This document shows, piece after piece, positions 10,071 through 18,854 of a stretch of 64,000 nucleotides of DNA. This stretch comes from Parcubacteria group bacterium M6-OD1-3. Its GTDB lineage: Bacteria > Patescibacteriota > Minisyncoccia > Moranbacterales > UBA9337. Both the position numbers and the translations under genes were made by a program. The notes under the pieces were generated by a model, which had not been told where the DNA came from, searched no databases, and worked only from the letters and a program-made list of their open reading frames with translations. Numbering within the stretch: position 1 is the stretch's first letter; each line of letters starts with the position of its first letter. The stretch is from NCBI GenBank assembly GCA_003056165.1, contig LSNR01000002.1, positions 2,726 through 66,725 of the forward strand, given 5' to 3'.

Positions 10071-11522
10071 CTATTTCCCTAAATCTAATTCCTCATTAAT
10101 ACCTATCTGGTCAAGAAATGATTGAACATGACTAACGACAATCATTGCTCCCTCGTACGTCTTTAACGCTTCAGCAATTACCGGAATATGTCGAAAATTA
10201 ATATGATTTGTTGGCTCATCTAAAATCAAAAGTCCGGGTTGCAACAATACTAATTGAGCAAAAGCCACTAGTCCCTTCTGCCCCTCAGATAAATCACCAA
10301 TTTTAGCGTCCATAACATCACTACTTAATAAAAAACTGCTTGCCACTGAACGCATTTTTTCTTCCTCTTGTATTTTCATAACATTTAACAAAGCGTCAAA
10401 AACCGTATCATCAAAATTAAGAGTTGAAAAATCTTGTCGATAATAGCCTACTTGCACATCATCCAGAATTTTTGCACCAGCAGTGTTGCTTTTTGCTAAT
10501 TGTTCTAATAATGTTGTCTTACCAATTCCATTTGGTCCCTTTAATAACAAGTGTTCTTTTTTCTTTAATACAACATTGACTGCTCTCTTTGTCGGCTCGT
10601 TATTTTTCATTACAGTCACGGAAGTAATTGTAATTATATCGCCCACAAGATTTTCTTGAACAGGAATTGTGAAATCGCGAATTGTTTTATCTTCTTGACG
10701 CACATTTACTTTATCAGTTTCCATCTGTGTAATTTCATCACGCATTTTTTTAGCTACTAATCTCATCTTGCCACCCTTGTTTGCAAAATAATTCATCTTT
10801 TCCTTATTGTCGCGAATTTTCTTTTCAAACTGAGCGTTTTTCATATTCTCTTTTTCGATTTGTGCTTTGATATTCTCCACCACAACATAATAATCGCCGA
10901 CATACTGATTGATTTGATGGGTAAATATATCAAGATATAAAACACCATCAGTAAACATATTTAAAAAATCTGCATCATGAGAAATTATAACGCAAGTTTT
11001 TTCATACATCATCAAAAAAGTAAGCAAATGCCCTACTCCCTCATCATCAAGATTATTTGTTGGCTCATCTAAAAGTAAAATATCGGCATCTTGAATAAGA
11101 GCAGATGCTAACAATAATCTTGCTTGTTGTCCACCAGAAAAAGCTGAAATTGGCTTGTCCATTGGCAATGTTATATTCACCGCTGTCATCACTTCCTTGA
11201 TTTGCTTATCTAATTCGTAATCTTCGCCTTTAAAATATTTAGCAAGAAAATCTCGAATATTTAAAGTCAATTGTTCACGAGGAATTACTTGTTGCGCGCA
11301 AGCGACAGTTTGCCCATCAGCAATAAAAATATTACCAGCATCAGGATTAGTTACCCCCATAATCATATTAAAAAGCGAAGTTTTGCCAGCTCCATTTTGT
11401 CCCATTAAAGCAACCTTCATTCCACTACGCAAAGAAAAAGATGCTTCATCAAGAATCACCCTGCCATTTTCATATTTAAAATCTACATCGCTAAAGCGAA
11501 TTGCTATATCATTTTTTGCCAT
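10071..11522 (-). CDS. ABC-F family ATPase (two tandem ABC domains, no TM)
   Basis: Two Walker A motifs ('GQNGAGKTS', 'GPNGIGKTT'), two signature motifs ('LSGGQQARL', 'LSEGQKGLV'), charged linker between them. Confidence 0.8.
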   Translation of the reverse strand: MAKNDIAIRFSDVDFKYENGRVILDEASFSLRSGMKVALMGQNGAGKTSLFNMIMGVTNPDAGNIFIADGQTVACAQQVIPREQLTLNIRDFLAKYFKGEDYELDKQIKEVMTAVNITLPMDKPISAFSGGQQARLLLASALIQDADILLLDEPTNNLDDEGVGHLLTFLMMYEKTCVIISHDADFLNMFTDGVLYLDIFTHQINQYVGDYYVVVENIKAQIEKENMKNAQFEKKIRDNKEKMNYFANKGGKMRLVAKKMRDEITQMETDKVNVRQEDKTIRDFTIPVQENLVGDIITITSVTVMKNNEPTKRAVNVVLKKKEHLLLKGPNGIGKTTLLEQLAKSNTAGAKILDDVQVGYYRQDFSTLNFDDTVFDALLNVMKIQEEEKMRSVASSFLLSSDVMDAKIGDLSEGQKGLVAFAQLVLLQPGLLILDEPTNHINFRHIPVIAEALKTYEGAMIVVSHVQSFLDQIGINEELDLGK

Positions 11523-11828
11523 ATTATTATCGAAAAATCTATTAGACCTTTTGCAAAACTTCTTCGTTGCGAAATTTTTTAACTCTTAACGAAACGAGTA
11601 TACTAAGTAAATTATAATGTACTTAATGTACATTAAAAGATAATTTACGAAATTAGACGAAGTTGTAGTAAGAGTTAGGAAATTACAGTAGAAGAGGTTG
11701 TGTGAGAGGTCTATTACCTTATTACAAGTTTTAAGTATACGCCAAAAATAGTATTTATGCAATAAACATTTATTCTTCGAATTCAAACCTTCTTGAAGTT
11801 AATTTTTCTCTTTTTTTTAAAATTTATA

Positions 11829-11860
11829 AAAGGCTGTGGTAATTTTTACCAAAGCCTTTT
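11829..11860. terminator. long stem-loop (aaaggctgtggtaa...ttaccaaagccttt) downstream of the MFS gene
   Basis: Inverted repeat read directly. Confidence 0.45.
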
Positions 11861-11865
11861 CGCTT

Positions 11866-13047
11866 CTATACGGCTTTTTTCTTATAAACCATAAACAAAG
11901 TACTGCATCCCAAAAAAAGAAATATAATCCCTGAATAGAATATAGCTTCTTTAAGTGAAAAAACATCGCTTATCCACCCTACTATCGGACCAACTATTGA
12001 AAATAGAATTCTCGAAAATAGGTTTTTTATAGATAATATTGTAGCTCTTCTATTTGAAGATATCTGCCTATTGATATATGCTGAAACTATAGGATCATGA
12101 ATACCTCTTACCAAATAAAATAATCCCATAAAAATAATTGACCAGCTTGACCAAAAATACATTAAAGAAAAATAGCCTACACTAACCATAACCACCAAAG
12201 AAGTCAGTATTTTCTTTTCTCCAAAAAAATTTTTTATTTTTTCAGTATTCCAAGAAATAAAAGCAGATAGTAACATTAATCCAGCCCAGATTATTCCAAA
12301 AGCTCCTATAGATATACCAACTTCCTTAAGATAAGGTTGAATCATCCAAACCATAGTCAGCGTAGAAGCACTTATCACAGATGAATACAAAATTACCCAT
12401 TTAAGTCCATTGCCTTTGCGCAATAAATCCTTTATGATATCGAGAATTCCCTCCATTGCGTTTTTTTTATTTTCAACCGAACAAACAGCTGGCTCAACGA
12501 TTGAAAGCACTACCGGAAAAGAAGCTATTATCACAGTCGTTTCTAAATAAAGTGGCAACCTCAAACTAACAAGTGCAATAACTCCACCTAAAACGCTAGC
12601 TATAGCTTCTGACACTAACCCCGCAGAAAATCTCCTTCCTTCTAGTCTAGAATAATATTCTTCACCTCCTCCCTCTAATAAAGTATCATACAATAACGCT
12701 GTATCGGTTCCTGAAGAGAAACTAATACCAAAGCCCAAAAGAACTTCAGCTATTACAAATTGCCAAAATCCACTAGCTAAAGAATAACAGAAATATCCTC
12801 CGATAATAAACAAGTGTCCTGCAATTAAAGTTTTTCTTCGCCCTATCCTATCAGAAAAATATCCAGAAGGAATTTCCAAAAAAATAACAGCTACAGAAAA
12901 CAATGACTGCAAGACAAATATGTCATGCATAGAAAGTCCATTTTCCTTAAAAAATAGCGTAATTACCGGCATTATAAGCATAAAATTTCCCGCTATCTTA
13001 ACCACATAAAGCTTCCACACATTCGATGCTACATTTCTTTTTTTCAA
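11866..13047 (-). CDS. MFS transporter
   Basis: About 12 predicted TM segments; 'GYFSDRIGRRK' loop 2-3 motif. Confidence 0.75.
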   Translation of the reverse strand: MKKRNVASNVWKLYVVKIAGNFMLIMPVITLFFKENGLSMHDIFVLQSLFSVAVIFLEIPSGYFSDRIGRRKTLIAGHLFIIGGYFCYSLASGFWQFVIAEVLLGFGISFSSGTDTALLYDTLLEGGGEEYYSRLEGRRFSAGLVSEAIASVLGGVIALVSLRLPLYLETTVIIASFPVVLSIVEPAVCSVENKKNAMEGILDIIKDLLRKGNGLKWVILYSSVISASTLTMVWMIQPYLKEVGISIGAFGIIWAGLMLLSAFISWNTEKIKNFFGEKKILTSLVVMVSVGYFSLMYFWSSWSIIFMGLFYLVRGIHDPIVSAYINRQISSNRRATILSIKNLFSRILFSIVGPIVGWISDVFSLKEAIFYSGIIFLFLGCSTLFMVYKKKAV

Positions 13048-13374
13048 AATCTCCTCCCTATTATTAAGTTTTCAAAAAACTATACTAAACAAAAAACTCG
13101 ACTTTTGTTCAGCCGAGTTACCTAAAGTATAGTTTTTAGACTATTTTCATTGCCTATTTAAACTTAAATATTTTTTTAGATAATTACGGCTGAACAAAAT
13201 ATTCCGAAATGGAATAACAGAAAACGCACCACTCATAAGAGTGTTTGCTTTTTGTTTATTCAACTGATAATATCTATTATTCATAAATATTTAATAAATT
13301 ATTTTATACCTAATTTTTACCATTATTTACTAACTTTGTCAAATTTTATATTTTTACCTATTATTTTTTAACAC

Positions 13375-13406
13375 AAAAAAACAGAGCTAACTCCGTGTTT
13401 TTAATT
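13375..13406. terminator. hairpin element aaaaaaaCAGAGCTAACTCCGTGtttttaatt
   Basis: Read directly; a mirror-image copy lies at 13921-13954. Confidence 0.4.
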
Positions 13407-13513
13407 ATTGAGAAAAATAATTTTGAAATATCATTTCGTTGTTAGCCAAGGCGACACCGTTTTTTTCAACCCCCAGTCAATTCCCGAATAACTTTTCAAT
13501 TATTATTTAGAAA

Positions 13514-13550
13514 ACGAAGAGACCCTAAATGCTGGTCTCTTCGTTTTTAA
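13514..13550. terminator. 9-bp stem hairpin (gaagagacc...ggtctcttc) plus T-run, bidirectional
   Basis: Read directly; downstream of the small minus-strand ORF. Confidence 0.55.
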
Positions 13551-13639
13551 AAGCTATAACAGCTCAAGTTCAGCGAGAAGCATATTTCTGAGATGTACTA
13601 ATTTATCTTTTGCTCTCCTTAATGAAGATTTCTTCGTTG

Positions 13640-13792
13640 CTAACAATTTTTTTTATGTTGTTGAGGAATTTCAAACCTATCCATATCCTCATCAACAACT
13701 TCTTCCACAACCTTAAACTTAGCATCGATATCTTCAATAGCAACCTCGACACATTTTACCAGCCCAGCAACACCTCTCTTCCATTCTTTCAT
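13640..13792 (-). CDS. small hypothetical protein (50 aa, MKEWKRGVAGLVKCVEVAIEDIDAKFKVVEEVVDEDMDRFEIPQQHKKNC)
   Basis: Own translation; strong SD (aaggaggaagagtaATG) and a terminator hairpin downstream; under the ORF-track size cutoff. Confidence 0.35.
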   Translation of the reverse strand: MKEWKRGVAGLVKCVEVAIEDIDAKFKVVEEVVDEDMDRFEIPQQHKKNC

Positions 13793-13920
13793 TACTCTTC
13801 CTCCTTTTTATTTACGTTAACTCCCTTTCCGTCAGACTATCAACATTAATTATATGTGTCAAGTTGAATAAAAAATTTTATCTACATATATCTTACCACT
13901 TTTTTAAAACAAAAAAAACA

Positions 13921-13954
13921 AAAAAAATACGGAGTTAGCTCCGTATTTTTAATT
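13921..13954. terminator. hairpin element aaaaaaaTACGGAGTTAGCTCCGTatttttaatt (near reverse-complement of 13375-13406)
   Basis: Read directly. Confidence 0.4.
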
Positions 13955-13993
13955 CAAAACTTATATTTTACTGTTAGTAATCTACTTCTTTTT

Positions 13994-14143
13994 TTATTTT
14001 TTCCAATCTTCGATGATAATTTTGTTGCCACTTTTATGCACAGTTAATTTTTGTTTACCTCTCCATTTTAAATCTCGTACAATTTCAATGACATTTTTTA
14101 ATCTCAAATCTGTACAATCTCTTTTTGCTTGTTCTTCATTCAT
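13994..14143 (-). CDS. small AbrB/SpoVT (MazE-like swapped-hairpin) family protein, 49 aa (MNEEQAKRDCTDLRLKNVIEIVRDLKWRGKQKLTVHKSGNKIIIEDWKK)
   Basis: Own translation; ATG 8 nt downstream of the Fic stop (coupled); paralogous to the 58-aa ORF at 61211-61387. Confidence 0.45.
   Translation of the reverse strand: MNEEQAKRDCTDLRLKNVIEIVRDLKWRGKQKLTVHKSGNKIIIEDWKK
14001..14096. repeat. about 90-bp direct repeat, copy A (copy B at 15331-15423), flanking the Fic cassette
   Basis: Near-identical stretch 'ttcgatgataattttgtt...tatgcacagttaatttttgtttacctctccattttaaatctcgtacaatttcaa' read in both places. Confidence 0.8.
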
Positions 14144-14150
14144 ATTTACT

Positions 14151-15200
14151 TTAATTAAAATAATTTTTCACTGCATCTTCAAATTGTTCAATAAAAATTT
14201 GTTTAAAATACGAAATATTATTTATTTCATAAAAAAGCAAAGATGCTTTTTTATATTCTTCAACTTCCACAATCCTATAAGAAAGCGGCACAGAATTATG
14301 AGCCAGCAATATCGCATTTGAAAAGGTTCTCGCAGTCCTCTTATTTCCATCCTCAAAAGCTTGAATATAAGAAATCAAAATCAATCCCAAGAAAGCTTTC
14401 TCAAAAAATAATGCTTTTTTATTTATTAGCACAATCATTTTCTCCAAAGCTTCTTTAATCTGAAATGAATTATCTAGAGGTTTGTATTTCGTACCAGTAA
14501 TACCCACTCCACCATTTCTAATATTTTTTGTAATATCTAGTTTTTTAGTTAAAACAAAATGAAAATACTCTATATCAGAATAATTCAATTTTTTAAACTT
14601 CTCTTTATTTTGAATCGCCTCATTGAAAGCATCTTTATGATTCAAAATCATTTGAGTTTCTTTTTGAGTTTTTCCTTTTCCTGCGACATTTTCTTTGAGC
14701 AATGCCTCAGTGCCTAAAAGTGAATAAGTATTACCCTCAATAGCTGAGGACTTCCACGAAAACTCAATCATTATTCTTTCAAGTTCTTTATTAATTAAAG
14801 TTTGACTGTCATACTTTGAAAAATTTTTTATAAATTCAGTTTGTAATTTTTTAATCCTTTCTTGCTCCTCTGTTGTGAAAATATCATTTTCCAGAATTTC
14901 AAAAATTTCAAAATTAAAATTTTCTTTTATATCCCTTCTCATGTATGGTGTTTTGAAATATTCTTCAGCATCAATTGGTAAAAATATTTTATTTGCATCT
15001 GTAATACTATATTTTACTCCTCTTCCTGATCCAGTCTTTGAAATAAATCCTTGTTCTTGTAAATAATTTAAATCTCTTTGTAATGTTTTTCTTTCTATTT
15101 TAGCACCCAAAAAAGACAGTATATCTGACACTGCTACTTGTGTATCTCTATTTTCCAAAAAAGAAATAATCTTCTTTTGTCGTTCTTGTCTTTTATTCAT
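14151..15200 (-). CDS. Fic/Doc-family protein with N-terminal winged-HTH; Doc-type motif with catalytic His replaced by Gln (QAFEDGNKRTAR)
   Basis: ORF track plus own check of the DNA (caa gct ttt gag gat gga aat aag agg act gcg aga). Confidence 0.75.
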   Translation of the reverse strand: MNKRQERQKKIISFLENRDTQVAVSDILSFLGAKIERKTLQRDLNYLQEQGFISKTGSGRGVKYSITDANKIFLPIDAEEYFKTPYMRRDIKENFNFEIFEILENDIFTTEEQERIKKLQTEFIKNFSKYDSQTLINKELERIMIEFSWKSSAIEGNTYSLLGTEALLKENVAGKGKTQKETQMILNHKDAFNEAIQNKEKFKKLNYSDIEYFHFVLTKKLDITKNIRNGGVGITGTKYKPLDNSFQIKEALEKMIVLINKKALFFEKAFLGLILISYIQAFEDGNKRTARTFSNAILLAHNSVPLSYRIVEVEEYKKASLLFYEINNISYFKQIFIEQFEDAVKNYFN

Positions 15201-15216
15201 ATATACATTATATCAC

Positions 15217-15330
15217 TAATTGCGACATTTTTCAATACTAATTGCGACATTTTTTAAAGAATTTTCTTAAAAAGCCTTATTTTATAACAAATTAATTGCG
15301 ACATTTTCAACTGCTAATCACAACATTTTA
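15217..15330. promoter_or_regulatory. operator-like direct repeats TAATTGCGACATTTT x3 (15217, 15239, 15293) plus a degenerate 4th (15314), in two pairs 22 bp apart, immediately upstream of the Fic start
   Basis: Read directly. Confidence 0.45.
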
Positions 15331-15423
15331 TTTTTCCTAATCTTCGATGATAATTTTGTTGTTGCTTTTATGCACAGTTAATTTTTGTTTACCTCTCCAT
15401 TTTAAATCTCGTACAATTTCAAC
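15331..15423. repeat. about 90-bp direct repeat, copy B
   Basis: See copy A. Confidence 0.8.
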
Positions 15424-15478
15424 TGGCAAAGTGATGGCATAACTGCCATTACTTCGTTTTGATAACTTGCGGATGTTT
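15335..15478 (-). pseudogene. AbrB/SpoVT-like gene fragment without a start codon (…NIRKLSKRSNGSYAITLPVEIVRDLKWRGKQKLTVHKSNNKIIIED*), abutting the GIY-YIG remnant in another frame
   Basis: Own translation of minus strand; paralogue of 61211-61387. Confidence 0.35.
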
Positions 15479-15733
15479 TTACCCTGTTAAATAAGATTTG
15501 AGTCTCTTTTTTAGAAACATCTTTCCGTGATAAGTTTTTAGATATTTTTCTCTATGTGTAGCATCCTGTTGATTTAGACATGCTTCATAATAAATTAATT
15601 TTAAAGGTCTTCTGTTTTTAGTAGATTTAACTTACCCTTTATTGTGTTTCTCAAATCTTAATTTCAAATTTGCAGTATATCCTGTATAAAAATTGTTGTC
15701 CTTTAGTGAATATAAAACGTAAGTATAAAACAT
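15479..15733 (-). pseudogene. small GIY-YIG nuclease gene with an in-frame TAA (MFYTYVLYSLKDNNFYTGYTANLKLRFEKHNKG*VKSTKNRRPLKLIYYEACLNQQDATHREKYLKTYHGKMFLKKRLKSYLTG)
   Basis: Own translation; stop at 15632-15634 in the same frame as both halves. Confidence 0.55.
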
Positions 15734-15847
15734 TATTTTTTTGATTTGAAATTATTTAACAGGGCGAGCCCTTCCAATTTTCTTCTTGCCATATTTTTAT
15801 TTTTTATTATTTTATTAATTAATTTTTCACCCACCCTTAATTAAAAT

Positions 15848-15881
15848 TAATGACCACATTAATGACCACATTAATGTGGTC
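15848..15881. promoter_or_regulatory. tandem/palindromic element taATGACCACATTaATGACCACATTAATGTGGTC
   Basis: Read directly; sits in a non-coding stretch with an unusual GC-rich patch at 15960-16030. Confidence 0.3.
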
Positions 15882-16125
15882 GGTAAATATTTATTTTATT
15901 TTATATTTTTTGAATTTGCAACTATCATTTCATAACCTATCATTTATAATTTACCATTTTCCACCAATTCCTTCAACACCCAAAACACCCGCCCGCCCTC
16001 TGCTACTTACTCGCTCAAATCCCAATCCTATCTAACTGCTTCAATAAAATATTTTTCAATTGTTGCACTGTTTATATTGTCATATTATTTTTTTAAATTT
16101 TGAATTTTTTTCATTTTTACTTCTA

Positions 16126-16839
16126 TTATTTCTTTACAATTTTTAGTCCATCTCGTGTTAAAATTTCATATCTATCTGGTAAATTTACAAAATCTTCTCT
16201 ATGTTGTTTTTTGACTTTAAATGATAAACCTATAAGTTCATTATGCACCTCTGTCATGAAATCATCAAAAAAAGATGTCTCTCTGCCAAATATTTCATTC
16301 ATTTTTTTAGTTTCTTTTTCAATTTCTACAATATCCCATTTACTCCACTCATGTTGTTTAAATGATAAGTTTTGTATATATGCACTATATTCATTCAATT
16401 CCATGGTCAAAATTTTCATTCTATCAATAAATAATATTTCCTTCATTTCTTTTAATTTTGGCATAATACAGATCCACATATCAAAATAGTTCCATAACCG
16501 CAAATATGCTTTAATGAATCTTGACTTACTTTCATTGACCTTCATTACATAATCACTCCATATTTTCAATGCTTCAAAATTTTGTTGAATTGGATCATTT
16601 TTTAAAAGTGGCAATCTCATTTGTATAAATGGCAAATTATATTCACTGACTAAGACAGAGAATTCGATTGCGCATTCATCCATACTTCTTTTTAATTCAT
16701 AAATATTCTTATAAACTTCTAATTTCAATTTTTCTTTCATTATTTTTCTTTGTTGCCATATACCAAAGAAAAAGGCAGCACCCCAGCCAATTACAGTAAC
16801 TACAATAAATACAACTTGGATCCATTCTGTTTTATTCAT
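16126..16839 (-). CDS. hypothetical protein with single N-terminal TM helix
   Basis: ORF track; hydrophobic 'IQVVFIVVTVIGWGAAFFFGIW'. Confidence 0.5.
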   Translation of the reverse strand: MNKTEWIQVVFIVVTVIGWGAAFFFGIWQQRKIMKEKLKLEVYKNIYELKRSMDECAIEFSVLVSEYNLPFIQMRLPLLKNDPIQQNFEALKIWSDYVMKVNESKSRFIKAYLRLWNYFDMWICIMPKLKEMKEILFIDRMKILTMELNEYSAYIQNLSFKQHEWSKWDIVEIEKETKKMNEIFGRETSFFDDFMTEVHNELIGLSFKVKKQHREDFVNLPDRYEILTRDGLKIVKK

Positions 16840-16866
16840 ATTATTTTATTTAAAAAATATAATATA

Positions 16867-17754
16867 TTAATTATCTTTTTTATTATACTTCACTGCAACA
16901 AAACGTAAAAACGCTGCTGACATGCCTACTATCATCTCAACTTCATCACGATCAATTTGTCCTCCATTTCCATGCTTAATATCGTCCATTCTACTTTTAA
17001 TCTGTTTAAATATTTCTTTCTGCTTACCGTTTAAGCCAAGTTTTTTATGATCAACTTTGTCTGTTATGCTCTTAAAACTTTTGCATTTATTGTTTAATAC
17101 TACTTTTACAACTTCGTCACAAGATGCATGTAAATTGGCTATAACATTTTTCAAATCAGAATCATTTCTAGCCTTAGCAAAAAGCTTAACTGCTAACTCA
17201 AAATCATTTAATACGTTATGAAATTTTTCGACATCTAAAACGCCCAACGTATCCAAAATCTCTTGATTTAAATACTTTGCACTTAATGGTAATATTTGTG
17301 GTGCTTTTGTTTTATATTTTTTTATAATTATTCCAAGGATTGGAAAATCTTCTGCATATTTTTGCAATTCTTCAGATAAGTCTTCTAATTCATCAGAAAC
17401 AATTTTATATTTGTAGAATGAATTAAGTAAAATCTGCATATTAATTAAAATTTGTTCAAAAGCTCCATCTAAAATATCGTCTATAAATTCCGCTATCTCT
17501 TTATAATCCCACAAACTATCATACTTATATTCACTTCTATCTAAAAATATCTCTCTGCAACAATCATCCAAAATTCCTTCCCTAGCTTCATATAGTTGAT
17601 TTTGAATTTCCTCATGGCTATTCATTCTTCTAAATAGATATGTTGCCTCCCATATCTCATTTGCAACATACTTACGAAATCCATTTTCAACTTTTTTTCT
17701 ATCAATATCTAAGCCAAATCTTCTATATAAATTTTCATTTAAATTTTTGTTCAT
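16867..17754 (-). CDS. hypothetical protein; C-terminal 'RMDDIKH' resembles an Rx4-6H HEPN/Abi_C-type motif
   Basis: ORF track; motif read by eye only. Confidence 0.45.
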   Translation of the reverse strand: MNKNLNENLYRRFGLDIDRKKVENGFRKYVANEIWEATYLFRRMNSHEEIQNQLYEAREGILDDCCREIFLDRSEYKYDSLWDYKEIAEFIDDILDGAFEQILINMQILLNSFYKYKIVSDELEDLSEELQKYAEDFPILGIIIKKYKTKAPQILPLSAKYLNQEILDTLGVLDVEKFHNVLNDFELAVKLFAKARNDSDLKNVIANLHASCDEVVKVVLNNKCKSFKSITDKVDHKKLGLNGKQKEIFKQIKSRMDDIKHGNGGQIDRDEVEMIVGMSAAFLRFVAVKYNKKDN

Positions 17755-18154
17755 AAATTTATATATTAATATCTACACAAGTAACCCCTATATCAAACCT
17801 TTTCCATTTTTGTGCCTTGACTACTTGTGATTGTTTTAATTTTAATTATTATTTTAAACAAAATAAAAAAATGGAAAGTAAAATGGCGATATATTTTCAC
17901 CAGATAACTTTCCATCTTTTTAGAATTCTAAATTTTTTTAAATTTGTATTTTTTTATTTTTAAAATTTATCTTTTCCGAAAGTCAGATAAGCCGTCTGGC
18001 CATCATATTTTTCATTTCTTTTTATTTTTGAAGTCGTTTTTACTATCAACTTGCGTTAAGTATAACATATTTCAGCATAAAAGTCAAATTAGAAATCACA
18101 CGTTTAAATCATACAACTCATAAACCAACTTATCAATTTGTTTTTCTGATTATA

Positions 18155-18850
18155 TTATACAAAAATATTCCTCTCTTTAGCTCGCAAACTTGTATACCCA
18201 TTTTTTGATATAATAATATGATCAACTAAAGTGATACCGATTATTTTTCCCGCCTCTACAAGACGCTTAGTTATTATGATATCTTCTTCTGATGGACTGT
18301 GCTCACCCGACGGATGATTGTGTGCCACTACAACATGTGAGGCATTGCAACTAATGGCTTTATTAAAAACTTCTCGTGGATGCACTAAACTTGCATTTAA
18401 GATACCGACAGATACTCTATTAACAATTAATTTATTTTGCGTATCAAAAAATAAAATTATAAAATGCTCTTTTTCTTCTCTGCCAATCTTTTCCTTAAGA
18501 TAATTATAAATACTTTCTGAAGAATCTAATTTAAATGAGTTTTCCAATTTTCTTTCTTGATATATTTCTGATACTGCCTGTGATAATTTTAAACCAAATA
18601 CATTTGAAGGTCCGACTCCTTTAATTTGCATTAACTTTTCAATCGGAGCATCAAGCACAGCATCTATAGAATAAAAAGTTTTTAAAAGTTCTTTGGCAAT
18701 TTGCTTGCAATCCTTGCGAGGTGTACCAAGCGTTAAAAGTAATTCAATAATTTCATAGTCATGAAAACCACTCAATCCAGAATTAAGAAATTTTTCTCTC
18801 AATCTCTTGCGATGACCGTGTGATGAATTATTTGTAAATTTGTCATTCAT
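18155..18850 (-). CDS. radC: RadC-like JAB/MPN domain protein
   Basis: 'HNHPSGEHSPSEEDI' JAMM-like motif and 'KGVG' helix-hairpin-helix region. Confidence 0.85.
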   Translation of the reverse strand: MNDKFTNNSSHGHRKRLREKFLNSGLSGFHDYEIIELLLTLGTPRKDCKQIAKELLKTFYSIDAVLDAPIEKLMQIKGVGPSNVFGLKLSQAVSEIYQERKLENSFKLDSSESIYNYLKEKIGREEKEHFIILFFDTQNKLIVNRVSVGILNASLVHPREVFNKAISCNASHVVVAHNHPSGEHSPSEEDIIITKRLVEAGKIIGITLVDHIIISKNGYTSLRAKERNIFV

Positions 18851-18854
18851 AATT

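Noticed and set aside
11586-11786. 66-aa minus-strand ORF and possible ncRNA in the ABC-F / MFS spacer
   Set aside because: The ORF translation is low-complexity. Local palindromes exist (aatgtac-ttaat-gtacatt) but I cannot support an RNA gene call from sequence alone.
15632-15634. In-frame TAA in the GIY-YIG gene as a recoded sense codon
   Set aside because: TAA is used as an ordinary stop throughout, for example at the Fic and atp gene ends. It is treated as a pseudogene lesion or possible sequencing error.
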